Shown here: positions 23,601-38,600 of the stretch, piece after piece | Layout of the letters: every line of letters starts with the position of its first letter | Position numbering within the stretch: position 1 is the stretch's first letter | DNA from: Laetmonice hystrix | Lineage: Eukaryota | Assembly (NCBI GenBank): GCA_965235115.1 | Contig: OZ249436.1 | Location: 28,832,001 to 28,896,000 of the forward strand | Reading direction: 5' to 3' | DNA: 64,000 bases | Notes under the pieces: model-generated | What the model was told of the DNA's origin: nothing | Databases searched by the model: none | Seen by the model: only the letters and a program-made list of their open reading frames with translations | Translations under genes and position numbers: made by a program

Positions 23601-26600
23601 TTTTGAGTCATTTTATCCTCAATTATTTTCATTATCATCCCCCGTGGGGCCCGGGGAACAATAGGCCCCATCCGTTTCAACACCCTATGGGTATGTGTGA
23701 GGGTGGAGAAGTTGTTGGCTGAGTGGTACGGGGTAAGGCCTGAGGGTCATTTGGCCATATCATCGGGGCTGGGAAGGGGGGGGGAAGGTGTTGGCTGATT
23801 GGTTAGGGGTAACGTCTGACTGCCAGCCAGCCATATCATGGGGTTTGGGGAATGGGAGGCAGGGTCATGCTTACTTACAAGAACAGAAAGAGTTTACGAT
23901 CACTCTCCATCTACATGGGCCAAAGGCCTACAAGTACCTGCGAGAAAAACTGACGTGACATCTGAAGCACTCATGTTCATGGTAGTGGGAATGAAGGGCA
24001 CCTGGAAGTCACCGACTGGATATTATAACACGGACACTCAAGCCTGACACTCAAAAAGTTCTTGTGGAACATGCATTAAATATGCTTCATGAATGCAGTA
24101 TCAGCCTTTTGTGCTTAACCATGGATAGTCAACAACCTTGTAAAAGGGCTGCTAAAAATGTCCATGTAAAAGGCTTGTTAGTAGATAGTACTGTTCATGT
24201 GACAGCCTTGCCTTGAAACCATTATGATTTTGACATACGTTTTTTATATATTTTTTATACTTGTTTTACTTATAAATTATACGTGACAAACTAAGAAATA
24301 AGTTCCATAGGAGATAAGACCTTAAACAGGATCTGATTTGCTACATTAGTGAGGTATCCTGGCATGGTCAGCTCTGCCTCATGAACATATGGGTAAATCA
24401 GATCCTGTCTCAAGTTTTACCTCCTTATTTGTTTAACAGCCCCCCCCCCCCCCGCCCAGTCTAAAAAAGACGTTTCTGTTTTCTTGTTATTATAAAATGA
24501 GCAGCCTAAAAGGCCTAATCCAAAATTTCACATATATGGAGCCCTTCTCTTTTGGGCAGGCACCGACTTCTGAACTTTTGGGAGTCTAACGTCACTTTTT
24601 TAACCGTTTTAACATAGCTTTGCTGGGCTACTATTTCAGCTTTTACATAGACCGAGTGAGGGCTTAGTCCCACTAGGCATTTTTTGGCCTTGGGATGTTC
24701 TCCCAATGTAAACTGAAAAGCCTCGGGAGACTTCGGGAACAGGTTACTGGGTGCTTTGAAAAAGCTTTGGGATCATCGGGAGCCATGTGGAACCGTCGGG
24801 AGGCATCGGAAGAACTGCGGAAAATTTCAATGCCTGCATTAAATTTTTTCCTGATGTGGGTGCCGGGGAACAATAGGTGCCATCCGTTTCATCACCATAT
24901 GGGGGTGAGGGTGGGGAAGGTGTTGGTTGTGTGGTCAGAAGTAATGTCTGAGGGCCAGACAGCCATAGCATGTGGATTGGGAAGGGGATGAGATGTTGGC
25001 TAAGTGTTTGGAGGGAATGTCTGAGGACCAATCAGTCATGTTAGGGATTGGAAAGGGGGATATTGGATTGGTTGGAGGTGGTAGTATAGAAGAAAAACGA
25101 AAAATACCCCACCAAAAAAATCGCAAAAGAAAAAAATGAAACAACAGTTTGTCGGTGATGCATGTCGCAATACTGAGACATGTCTGCTGGGTGTTTATAT
25201 CAGGGGTAACCTGATTTCGCTGTTCTGGTGAGTCACTGTGGGTGGTTGGAGGTGGTAGTATAAAAGAAAAACGAAAAATACCAAAAAAATCACAAAAGAA
25301 AAAAATGAAAAAATGTTTGTGGGTGTTGACCCTTCAGATGAGATATCTGCACTGTGACACTACGCCACTCCTGCACACATGTCATTCTTGTCTTGTTGTA
25401 ACTGAATGACTATAGTAAAAATCAACAATGATGAATTTGAGTGAGTAGTTCGGGATAATGTTTTAAGGCCACTCGGCCATATCATGGGGATTGTGAAGGG
25501 ATGAAGGTGTTGGCTGAGTGGTTAGGGGTAACGTCTGAGGGTCAATCAGCCATATTATGGGGATTGGGAAATGGGGGTGTTGGCTGAATGCTTGAGGGGT
25601 AATGTCAGGAGGTCCGTCAGCCATATCAAGAAAGTTGAGAAGAAGGGAGGTGTTGGGTGGGTGGTACGGGGTAATGTCTTAAGGCCACTCGGCCATTCCT
25701 GGGGGCTTAGGTCCCAGGGGTAAAGTCTGGGGGCCAGTGAGCCATATCATGGGGAGTGGGAAGGGAGATGTTGTTGTCTGAGATGTTGAGGGTAACGTCT
25801 GGTAACGTTGGTAATTTTGAGTCATTTTATCCTCATTTATTTTCATTATCATCCCCCGTGGGGCCCGGGGAACAATAGGCCCCATCCGTTTCAACACCCT
25901 ATGGGTATGTGTGAGGGTGGAGAAGTTGTTGGCTGAGTGGTACGGGGTAAGGCCTGAGGGTCATTTGGCCATATCATCGGGGCTGGGAAGGGGGGGGGAA
26001 GGTGTTGGCTGATTGGTTAGGGGTAACGTATGACTGCCAGCCAGCCATATCATGGGGTTTGGGGAATGGGAGGCAGGGTCATGCTTACTTACAAGAACAG
26101 AAAGAGTTTACGATCACTCTCCATCTACATGGGCCAAAGGCCTACAAGTACCTGCGAGAAAAACTGACGTGACATCTGAAGCACTCATGTTCATGGTAGT
26201 GGGAATGAAGGGCATCTGGAAGTCACCGACTGGATACTTATAACACGGACACTCAAGCCTGACACTCAAAAAGTTCTTGTGGAACATGCATTAAATATGC
26301 TTCATGAATGCAGTATCAGCCTTTTGTGCTTAACCATGGATAGTCAACAACCTTGTAAAAGGGCTGCTAAAAATGTCCATGTAAAAGGGTTGTTAGTAGA
26401 TAGTACTGATCATGTGACAGCCTTGCCTTGAAACCATTATGATTTTGACATAAGTTTTTTTATATATTTTTTATACTTGTTTTACTTATAAATTATACGT
26501 GACAAACTAAGAAATAAGTTCCATAAGACATAAGACCTTAAACAGGATCTGATTTGCTACATTAGTGAGGTATCCTGGCATGGTCAGCTCTGCCTCATGA

Positions 26601-29600
26601 ACATATGGGTAAATCAGATCCTGTCTCAAGTTTTACCTCCTTATTTGTTTAACAGCCCCCCCCCCCCCCGCCCAGTCTAAAAAAAGACGTTCCTGTTTTC
26701 TTGTTATTATTAAATGAGCAGCCTAAAAGGCCTAATCCAAAATTTCACATATATGGAGCCCTTCTCTTTTGGGCAGGCACCGACTTCTGAAATTTTGGGA
26801 GTCTAACGTCACTTTTTTAACCGTTTTAACATAGCTTTGCTGGACTACTATTTCAGCTTTTACATAGACCGAGTGAGGGCTTAGTCTCACTAGGCATTTT
26901 TGTGGCCTTGGGATGTTCTCCCAATGTAAACTGAAAAGCCTCGGGAGACTTCGGGAACAGGTTACTGGGTGCTTTGAAAAAGCTTTGGGATCATCGGGAG
27001 CCATGTGGAACCGTCGGGAGGCATCGGAAGAACTGCGGAAAATTTCAATGCCTGCATTAAATTTTTTCCTGATGTGGGTGCCGGGGAACAATAGGTGCCA
27101 TCCGTTTCATCACCATATGGGGGTGAGGGTGGGGAAGGTGTTGGTTGTGTGGTCAGAAGTAATGTCTGAGGGCCAGACAGCCATAGCATGTGGATTGGGA
27201 AGGGGATGAGATGTTGGCTAAGTGTTTGGAGGGAATGTCTGAGGACCAATCAGTCATGTTAGGGATTGGAAAGGGGGATATTGGATTGGTTGGAGGTTGT
27301 AGTATAGAAGAAAAACGAAAAATACACCCAAAAAAATCGCAAAAGAAAAAAATGAAACAACAGTTTGTCGGTGATGCATGTCGCAATACTGAGACATGTC
27401 TGCTGGGTGTTTATATCAGGGGTAACCTGATTTCGCTGTTCTGGTGAGTCACTGTGGGTGGTTGGAGGTGGTAGTATAGAAGAAAACGAAAAATACCAAA
27501 AAAATCACAAAAGAAAAAAATGAAAAAATGTTTGTGGGTGTTGACCCTTCAGATGAGATATCTGCACTGTGACACTACGCCACTCCTGCACACATGTCAT
27601 TCTTGTCTTGTTGTAACTGAATGACTATAGTAAAAATCAATAATGATGAATTTGAATGAGTAGTTCGGGATAATGTTTTAAGGCCACTCGGCCATATCAT
27701 GGAGATTGTGAAGGGATGAAGGTGTTGGCTGAGTGGTTAGGGGTAACGTCTGAGGGTCAATCAGCCATATTATGGGGATTGGGAAATGGGGGTGTTGGCT
27801 GAATGCTTGAGGGGTAGTGTCAGGAGGTCCGTCAGCCATATCATGAAAGTTGAGAAAAAGGGAGGTGTTGGGTGGGTGGTACGGGGTAATGTCTTAAGGC
27901 CACTCGGCCATTCCTGGGGGCTTAGGTCTTAGGGGTAAAGTCTGGGGGCCAATGAGCCATATCATGGGGAGTGGGAAGGGAGATGTTGTTGTCTGAGATG
28001 TTGAGGGTAACGTCTGGTAACGTTGGTAATTTTGAGTCATTTTATCCTCAATTATTTTCATTATCATCCCCCGTGGGGCCCGGGGAACAATAGGCCCCAT
28101 CCGTTTCAACACCCTATGGGTATGTGTGAGGGTGGAGAAGTTGTTGGCTGAGTGGTACGGGGTAAGGCCTGAGGGTCATTTGGCCATATCATCGGGGCTG
28201 GGAAGGGGGGGGGGGAAGGTGTTGGCTGATTGGTTAGGGGTAACGTCTGACTGCCAGCCAGCCATATCATGGGGTTTGGGGAATGGGAGGCAGGGTCATG
28301 CTTACTTACAAGAACAGAAAGAGTTTACGATCACTCTCCATCTACATGGGCCAAAGGCCTACAAGTACCTGCGAGAAAAACTGACGTGACATCTGAAGCA
28401 CTCATGTTCATGGTAGTGGGAATGAAGGGCACCTGGAAGTCACCGACTGGATATTATAACACGGACACTCAAGCCTGACACTCAAAAAGTTCTTGTGGAA
28501 CATGCATTAAATATGCTTCATGAATGCAGTATCAGCCTTTTGTGCTTAACCATGGATAGTCAACAACCTTGTAAAAGGGCTGCTAAAAATGTCCATGTAA
28601 AAGGCTTGTTAGTAGATAGTACTGTTCATGTGACAGCCTTGCCTTGAAACCATTATGATTTTGACATACGTTTTTTATATATTTTTTATACTTGTTTTAC
28701 TTATAAATTATACGTGACAAACTAAGAAATAAGTTCCATAGGAGATAAGACCTTAAACAGGATCTGATTTGCTACATTAGTGAGGTATCCTGGCATGGTC
28801 AGCTCTGCCTCATGAACATATGGGTAAATCAGATCCTGTCTCAAGTTTTACCTCCTTATTTGTTTAACAGCCCCCCCCCCCGCCCAGTCTAAAAAAGACG
28901 TTTCTGTTTTCTTGTTATTATAAAATGAGCAGCCTAAAAGGCCTAATCCAAAATTTCACATATATGGAGCCCTTCTCTTTTGGGCAGGCACCGACTTCTG
29001 AACTTTTGGGAGTCTAACGTCACTTTTTTAACCGTTTTAACATAGCTTTGCTGGGCTACTATTTCAGCTTTTACATAGACCGAGTGAGGGCTTAGTCCCA
29101 CTAGGCATTTTTTGGCCTTGGGATGTTCTCCCAATGTAAACTGAAAAGCCTCGGGAGACTTCGGGAACAGGTTACTGGGTGCTTTGAAAAAGCTTTGGGA
29201 TCATCGGGAGCCATGTGGAACCGTCGGGAGGCATCGGAAGAACTGCGGAAAATTTCAATGCCTGCATTAAATTTTTTCCTGATGTGGGTGCCGGGGAACA
29301 ATAGGTGCCATCCGTTTCATCACCATATGGGGGTGAGGGTGGGGAAGGTGTTGGTTGTGTGGTCAGAAGTAATGTCTGAGGGCCAGACAGCCATAGCATG
29401 TGGATTGGGAAGGGGATGAGATGTTGGCTAAGTGTTTGGAGGGAATGTCTGAGGACCAATCAGTCATGTTAGGGATTGGAAAGGGGGATATTGGATTGGT
29501 TGGAGGTGGTAGTATAGAAGAAAAACGAAAAATACCCCACCAAAAAAATCGCAAAAGAAAAAAATGAAACAACAGTTTGTCGGTGATGCATGTCGCAATA

Positions 29601-32600
29601 CTGAGACATGTCTGCTGGGTGTTTATATCAGGGGTAACCTGATTTCGCTGTTCTGGTGAGTCACTGTGGGTGGTTGGAGGTGGTAGTATAAAAGAAAAAC
29701 GAAAAATACCAAAAAAATCACAAAAGAAAAAAATGAAAAAATGTTTGTGGGTGTTGACCCTTCAGATGAGATATCTGCACTGTGACACTACGCCACTCCT
29801 GCACACATGTCATTCTTGTCTTGTTGTAACTGAATGACTATAGTAAAAATCAACAATGATGAATTTGAGTGAGTAGTTCGGGATAATGTTTTAAGGCCAC
29901 TCGGCCATATCATGGGGATTGTGAAGGGATGAAGGTGTTGGCTGAGTGGTTAGGGGTAACGTCTGAGGGTCAATCAGCCATATTATGGGGATTGGGAAAT
30001 GGGGGTGTTGGCTGAATGCTTGAGGGGTAATGTCAGGAGGTCCGTCAGCCATATCAAGAAAGTTGAGAAGAAGGGAGGTGTTGGGTGGGTGGTACGGGGT
30101 AATGTCTTAAGGCCACTCGGCCATTCCTGGGGGCTTAGGTCCCAGGGGTAAAGTCTGGGGGCCAGTGAGCCATATCATGGGGAGTGGGAAGGGAGATGTT
30201 GTTGTCTGAGATGTTGAGGGTAACGTCTGGTAACGTTGGTAATTTTGAGTCATTTTATCCTCATTTATTTTCATTATCATCCCCCGTGGGGCCCGGGGAA
30301 CAATAGGCCCCATCCGTTTCAACACCCTATGGGTATGTGTGAGGGTGGAGAAGTTGTTGGCTGAGTGGTACGGGGTAAGGCCTGAGGGTCATTTGGCCAT
30401 ATCATCGGGGCTGGGAAGGGGGGGGGAAGGTGTTGGCTGATTGGTTAGGGGTAACGTATGACTGCCAGCCAGCCATATCATGGGGTTTGGGGAATGGGAG
30501 GCAGGGTCATGCTTACTTACAAGAACAGAAAGAGTTTACGATCACTCTCCATCTACATGGGCCAAAGGCCTACAAGTACCTGCGAGAAAAACTGACGTGA
30601 CATCTGAAGCACTCATGTTCATGGTAGTGGGAATGAAGGGCATCTGGAAGTCACCGACTGGATACTTATAACACGGACACTCAAGCCTGACACTCAAAAA
30701 GTTCTTGTGGAACATGCATTAAATATGCTTCATGAATGCAGTATCAGCCTTTTGTGCTTAACCATGGATAGTCAACAACCTTGTAAAAGGGCTGCTAAAA
30801 ATGTCCATGTAAAAGGGTTGTTAGTAGATAGTACTGTTCATGTGACAGCCTTGCCTTGAAACCATTATGATTTTGACATAAGTTTTTTTATATATTTTTT
30901 ATACTTGTTTTACTTATAAATTATACGTGACAAACTAAGAAATAAGTTCCATAAGACATAAGACCTTAAACAGGATCTGATTTGCTACATTAGTGAGGTA
31001 TCCTGGCATGGTCAGCTCTGCCTCATGAACATATGGGTAAATCAGATCCTGTCTCAAGTTTTACCTCCTTATTTGTTTAACAGCCCCCCCCCCCGCCCAG
31101 TCTAAAAAAAGACGTTCCTGTTTTCTTGTTATTATTAAATGAGCAGCCTAAAAGGCCTAATCCAAAATTTCACATATATGGAGCCCTTCTCTTTTGGGCA
31201 GGCACCGACTTCTGAAATTTTGGGAGTCTAACGTCACTTTTTTAACCGTTTTAACATAGCTTTGCTGGACTACTATTTCAGCTTTTACATAGACCGAGTG
31301 AGGGCTTAGTCTCACTAGGCATTTTTGTGGCCTTGGGATGTTCTCCCAATGTAAACTGAAAAGCCTCGGGAGACTTCGGGAACAGGTGACTGGGTGCTTT
31401 GAAAAAGCTTTGGGATCATCGGGAGCCATGTGGAACCGTCGGGAGGCATCTGAAGAACTGCGGAAAATTTCAATGCCTGCATAAAATTTTTTCCTGATGT
31501 GGGGGCCGGGGAACAATAGGTGCCATCCGTTTCATCACTATATGGGGGTGAGGGTGGGGAAGGTGTTGGTTGTGTGGTCAGAGGTAATGTCTGAGGGCCA
31601 GACAGCCATAGCATGTGGATTGGGAAGGGGATGAGATGTTGGCTAAGTGTTTGGAGGGAATGTCTGATGACCAATCAGTCATGTTAGGGATTGGAAAGGG
31701 GGATATTGGATTGGTTGGAGGTGGTAGTATAGAAGAAAAACGAAAGATACCCCCAAAAAATCGCAAAAGAAAAAAATGAAACAACAGTTTGTGGGTGATG
31801 CATGTCGCAATACTGAGACATGTCTGCTGGGTGTTTATATCAGGGGTATTCTGATTTCGCTGTTCTGGTGAGTCACTGTGGGTGGTTGGAGGTGGTAGTA
31901 TAAAAGAAAAACGAAAAATACCAAAAAAATCACAAAAGAAAAAAATGAAAAAATGTTTGTGGGTATTGACCCTTCAGATGAGATATCTGCACTGTGACAC
32001 TACGCCACTCCTGCACACATGTCATTCTTGTCTTGTTGTAACTGAATGACTATAGTAAAAATCAATAATGATGAATTTGAATGAGTAGTTCGGGATAATG
32101 TTTTAAGGCGACTCGGCCATATCATGGAGATTGTGAAGGGATGAAGGTGTTGGCTGAGTGGTTAGGGGTAACGTCTGAGGGTCAATCAGCCATATTATGG
32201 GGATTGGGAAATGGGGGTGTTGGCTGAATGCTTGAGGGGTAGTGTCAGGAGGTCCGTCAGCCATATCATGAAAGTTGAGAAAAAGGGAGGTGTTGGGTGG
32301 GTGGTACGGGGTAATGTCTTAAGGCCACTCGGCCATTCCTGGGGGCTTAGGTCTTAGGGGTAAAGTCTGGGGGCCAGTGAGCCATATCATGGGGAGTGGA
32401 AAGGGAGATGTTGTTGTCTGAGATGTTGAGGGTAACGTCTGGTAACGTTGGTAATTTTGAGTCATTTTATCCTCAATTATTTTCATTATCATCCCCCGTG
32501 GGGCCCGGGGAACAATAGGCCCCATCCGTTTCAACACCCTATGGGTATGTGTGAGGGTGGAGAAGTTGTTGGCTGAGTGGTACGGGGTAAGGCCTGAGGG

Positions 32601-35600
32601 TCATTTGGCCATATCATCGGGGCTGGGAAGGGGGGGGGGAAGGTGTTGGCTGATTGGTTAGGGGTAACGTCTGACTGCCAGCCAGCCATATCATGGGGTT
32701 TGGGGAATGGGAGGCAGGGTCATGCTTACTTACAAGAACAGAAAGAGTTTACGATCACTCTCCATCTACATGGGCCAAAGGCCTACAAGTACCTGCGAGA
32801 AAAACTGACGTGACATCTGAAGCACTCATGTTCATGGTAGTGGGAATGAAGGGCATCTGGAAGTCACCGACTGGATATTATAACACGGACACTCAAGCCT
32901 GACACTCAAAAAGTTCTTGTGGAACATGCATTAAATATGCTTCATGAATGCAGTATCAGCCTTTTGTGCTTAACCATGGATAGTCAACAACCTTGTAAAA
33001 GGGCTGCTAAAAATGTCCATGTAAAAGGCTTGTTAGTAGATAGTACTGTTCATGTGACAGCCTTGCCTTGAAACCATTATGATTTGGACATACGTTTTTT
33101 ATATATTTTTTATACTTGTTTTACTTATAAATTATACGTGACAAACTAAGAAATAAGTTCCATAGGAGATAAGACCTTAAACAGGATCTGATTTGCTACA
33201 TTAGTGAGGTATCCTGGCATGGTCAGCTCTGCCTCATGAACATATGGGTAAATCAGATCCTGTCTCAAGTTTTACCTCCTTATTTGTTTAACAGCCCCCC
33301 CCCCCCCGCCCAGTCTAAAAAAGACGTTTCTGTTTTCTTGTTATTATAAAATGAGCAGCCTAAAAGGCCTAATCCAAAATTTCACATATATGGAGCCCTT
33401 CTCTTTTGGGCAGGCACCGACTTCTGAACTTTTGGGAGTCTAACGTCACTTTTTTAACCGTTTTAACATAGCTTTGCTGGGCTACTATTTCAGCTTTTAC
33501 ATAGACCTAGTGAGGGCTTAGTCCCACTAGGCATTTTTGTGGCCTTGGGATGTTCTCCCAATGTAAACTGAAAAGCCTCGGGAGACTTCGGGAACAGGTT
33601 ACTGGGTGCTTTGAAAAAGCTTTGGGATCATCGGGAGCCATGTGGAACCGTCGGGAGGCATCGGAAGAACTGCGGAAAATTTCAATGCCTGCATTAAATT
33701 TTTTCCTGATGTGGGTGCCGGGGAACAATAGGTGCCATCCGTTTCATCACCATATGGGGGTGAGGGTGGGGAAGGTGTTGGTTGTGTGGTCAGAAGTAAT
33801 GTCTGAGGGCCAGACAGCCATAGCATGTGGATTGGGAAGGGGATGAGATGTTGGCTAAGTGTTTGGAGGGAATGTCTGAGGACCAATCAGTCATGTTAGG
33901 GATTGGAAAGGGGGATATTGGATTGGTTGGAGGTGGTAGTATAGAAGAAAAACGAAAAATACCCCACCAAAAAAATCGCAAAAGAAAAAAATGAAACAAC
34001 AGTTTGTCGGTGATGCATGTCGCAATACTGAGACATGTCTGCTGGGTGTTTATATCAGGGGTAACCTGATTTCGCTGTTCTGGTGAGTCACTGTGGGTGG
34101 TTGGAGGTGGTAGTATAAAAGAAAAACGAAAAATACCAAAAAAATCACAAAAGAAAAAAATGAAAAAATGTTTGTGGGTGTTGACCCTTCAGATGAGATA
34201 TCTGCACTGTGACACTACGCCACTCCTGCACACATGTCATTCTTGTCTTGTTGTAACTGAGTGACTATAGTAAAAATCAACAATGATGAATTTGAGTGAG
34301 TAGTTCGGGATAATGTTTTAAGGCCACTCGGCCATATCATGGGGATTGTGAAGGGATGAAGGTGTTGGCTGAGTGGTTAGGGGTAACGTCTGAGGGTCAA
34401 TCAGCCATATTATGGGGATTGGGAAATGGGGGTGTTGGCTGAATGCTTGAGGGGTAATGTCAGGAGGTCCGTCAGCCATATCAAGAAAGTTGAGAAGAAG
34501 GGAGGTGTTGGGTGGGTGGTACGGGGTAATGTCTTAAGGCCACTCGGCCATTCCTGGGGGCTTAGGTCCCAGGGGTAAAGTCTGGGGGCCAGTGAGCCAT
34601 ATCATGGGGAGTGGGAAGGGAGATGTTGTTGTCTGAGATGTTGAGGGTAACGTCTGGTAACGTTGGTAATTTTGAGTCATTTTATCCTCATTTATTTTCA
34701 TTATCATCCCCCGTGGGGCCCGGGGAACAATAGGCCCCATCCGTTTCAACACCCTATGGGTATGTGTGAGGGTGGAGAAGTTGTTGGCTGAGTGGTACGG
34801 GGTAAGGCCTGAGGGTCATTTGGCCATATCATCGGGGCTGGGAAGGGGGGGGGAAGGTGTTGGCTGATTGGTTAGGGGTAACGTATGACTGCCAGCCAGC
34901 CATATCATGGGGTTTGGGGAATGGGAGGCAGGGTCATGCTTACTTACAAGAACAGAAAGAGTTTACGATCACTCTCCATCTACATGGGCCAAAGGCCTAC
35001 AAGTACCTGCGAGAAAAACTGACGTGACATCTGAAGCACTCATGTTCATGGTAGTGGGAATGAAGGGCATCTGGAAGTCACCGACTGGATACTTATAACA
35101 CGGACACTCAAGCCTGACACTCAAAAAGTTCTTGTGGAACATGCATTAAATATGCTTCATGAATGCAGTATCAGCCTTTTGTGCTTAACCATGGATAGTC
35201 AACAACCTTGTAAAAGGGCTGCTAAAAATGTCCATGTAAAAGGGTTGTTAGTAGATAGTACTGTTCATGTGACAGCCTTGCCTTGAAACCATTATGATTT
35301 TGACATACGTTTTTTTATATATTTTTTATACTTGTTTTACTTATAAATTATACGTGACAAACTAAGAAATAAGTTCCATAAGACATAAGACCTTAAACAG
35401 GATCTGATTTGCTACATTAGTGAGGTATCCTGGCATGGTCAGCTCTGCCTCATGAACATATGGCTAAATAAGATCCTGTCTCAAGTTTTACCTCCTTATT
35501 TGTTTAACAGCCCCCCCCCCCGCCCAGTCTAAAAAAAGACGTTCCTGTTTTCTTGTTATTATTAAATGAGCAGCCTAAAAGGCCTAATCCAAAATTTCAC

Positions 35601-38600
35601 ATATATGGAGCCCTTCTCTTTTGGGCAGGCACCGACTTCTGAAATTTTGGGAGTCTAACGTCACTTTTTTAACCGTTTTAACATAGCTTTGCTGGACTAC
35701 TATTTCAGCTTTTACATAGACCGAGTGAGGGCTTAGTCTCACTAGGCATTTTTGTGGCCTTGGGATGTTCTCCCAATGTAAACTGAAAAGCCTCGGGAGA
35801 CTTCGGGAACAGGTGACTGGGTGCTTTGAAAAAGCTTTGGGATCATCGGGAGCCATGTGGAACCGTCGGGAGGCATCGGAAGAACTGCGGAAAATTTCAA
35901 TGCCTGCATTAAATTTTTTCCTGATGTGGGGGCCGGGGAACAATAGGTGCCATCCGTTTCATCACTATATGGGGGTGAGGGTGGGGAAGGTGTTGGTTGT
36001 GTGGTCAGAGGTAATGTCTGAGGGCCAGACAGCCATAGCATGTGGATTGGGAAGGGGATGAGATGTTGGCTAAGTGTTTGGAGGGAATGTCTGATGACCA
36101 ATCAGTCATGTTAGGGATTGGAAAGGGGGATATTGGATTGGTTGGAGGTGGTAGTATAGAAGAAAAACGAAAAATACCCCCAAAAAATCGCAAAAGAAAA
36201 AAATGAAACAACAGTTTGTGGGTGATGCATGTCGCAATACTAAGACATGTCTGCTGGGTGTTTATATCAGGGGTATTCTGATTTCGCTGTTCTGGTGAGT
36301 CACTGTGGGTGGTTGGAGGTGGTAGTATAAAAGAAAAACGAAAAATACCAAAAAAATCACAAAAGAAAAAAATGAAAAAATGTTTGTGGGTATTGACCCT
36401 TCAGATGAGATATCTGCACTGTGACACTACGCCACTCCTGCACACATGTCATTCTTGTCTTGTTGTAACTGAATGACTATAGTAAAAATCAATAATGATG
36501 AATTTGAATGAGTAGTTCGGGATAATGTTTTAAGGCGACTCGGCCATATCATGGAGATTGTGAAGGGATGAAGGTGTTGGCTGAGTGGTTAGGGGTAACG
36601 TCTGAGGGTCAATCAGCCATATTATGGGGATTGGGAAATGGGGGTGTTGGCTGAATGCTTGAGGGGTAGTGTCAGGAGGTCCGTCAGCCATATCATGAAA
36701 GTTGAGAAAAAGGGAGGTGTTGGGTGGGTGGTACGGGGTAATGTCTTAAGGCCACTCGGCCATTCCTGGGGGCTTAGGTCTTAGGGGTAAAGTCTGGGGG
36801 CCAGTGAGCCATATCATGGGGAGTGGGAAGGGAGATGTTGTTGTCTGAGATGTTGAGGGTAACGTCTGGTAACGTTGGTAATTTTGAGTCATTTTATCCT
36901 CATTTATTTTCATTATCATCCCCCGTGGGGCCCGGGGAACAATAGGCCCCATCCGTTTCAACACCCTATGGGTATGTGTGAGGGTGGAGAAGTTGTTGGC
37001 TGAGTGGTACGGGGTAAGGCCTGAGGGTCATTTGGCCATATCATCGGGGCTGGGAAGGGGGGGGGAAGGTGTTGGCTGATTGGTTAGGGGTAACGTCTGA
37101 CTGCCAGCCAGCCATATCATGGGGTTTGGGGAATGGGAGGCAGGGTCATGCGTATTTACAAGAACAGAAAGAGTTTACGATCACTCTCCATCTACATGGG
37201 CCAAAGGCCTACAAGTACCTGCGAGAAAAACTGACGTGACATCTGAAGCACTCATGTTCATGGTAGTGGGAATGAAGGGCATCTGGAAGTCACCGACTGG
37301 ATACTTATAACACGGACACTCAAGCCTGACACTCAAAAAGTTCTTGTGGAACATGCATTAAATATGCTTCATGAATGCAGTATCAGCCTTTTGTGCTTAA
37401 CCATGGATAGTCAACAACCTTGTAAAAGGGCTGCTAAAAATGTCCATGTAAAAGGGTTGTTAGTAGATAGTACTGTTCATGTGACAGCCTTGCCTTGAAA
37501 CCATTATGATTTTGACATACGTTTTTTATATATTTTTTATACTTGTTTTACTTATAAATTATACGTGACAAACTAAGAAATAAGTTCCATAGGAGATAAG
37601 ACCTTAAACAGGATCTGATTTGCTACATTAGTGAGGTATCCTGGCATGGTCAGCTCTGCCTCATGAACATATGGGTAAATTAGATCCTGTCTCAAGTTTT
37701 ACCTCCTTATTTGTTTAACAGCCCCCCCCCCCCCCCGCCCAGTCTAAAAAAGACGTTCCTGTTTTCTTGTTATTATAAAATGAGCAGCCTAAAAGGCCTA
37801 ATCCAAAATTTCACATATATGGAGCCCTTCTCTTTTGGGCAGGCACCGACTTCTGAACTTTTGGGAGTCTAACGTCACTTTTTTAACCGTTTTAACATAG
37901 CTTTGCTGGGCTACTATTTCAGCTTTTACATAGACCTAGTGAGGGCTTAGTCCCACTAGGCATTTTTTGGCCTTGGGATCTTCTCCCAATGTAAACTGAA
38001 AAGCCTCGGGAGACTTCGGGAACAGGTTACTGGGTGCTTTGAAAAAGCTTTGGGATCATCGGGAGCCATGTGGAACCGTCGGGAGGCATCGGAAGAACTG
38101 CAAAAATTTCAATGCCTGCATTAAATTTTTTCCTGATGTGGGTGCCGGGGAACAATAGGTGCCATCCGTTTCATCACCATATGGGGGTGAGGGTGGGGAA
38201 GGTGTTGGTTGTGTGGTCAGAAGTAATGTCTGAGGGCCAGACAGCCATAGCATGTGGATTGGGAAGGGGATGAGATGTTGGCTAAGTGTTTGGAGGGAAT
38301 GTCTGAGGACCAATCAGTCATGTTAGGGATTGGAAAGGGGGATATTGGATTGGTTGGAGGTGGTAGTATAGAAGAAAACGAAAAATACCCCCAAAAAATC
38401 GCAAAAGAAAAAAATAAAACAACAGTTTGTGGGTGATGCATGTCGCAATACTGAGACATGTCTGCTGGGTGTTTATATCAGGGGTAACCTGATTTCGCTG
38501 TTCTGGTGAGTCACTGTGGGTGGTTGGAGGTGGTAGTATAAAAGAAAAACGAAAAATACCAAAAAAATCACAAAAGAAAAAAATGAAAAAATGTTTGTGG

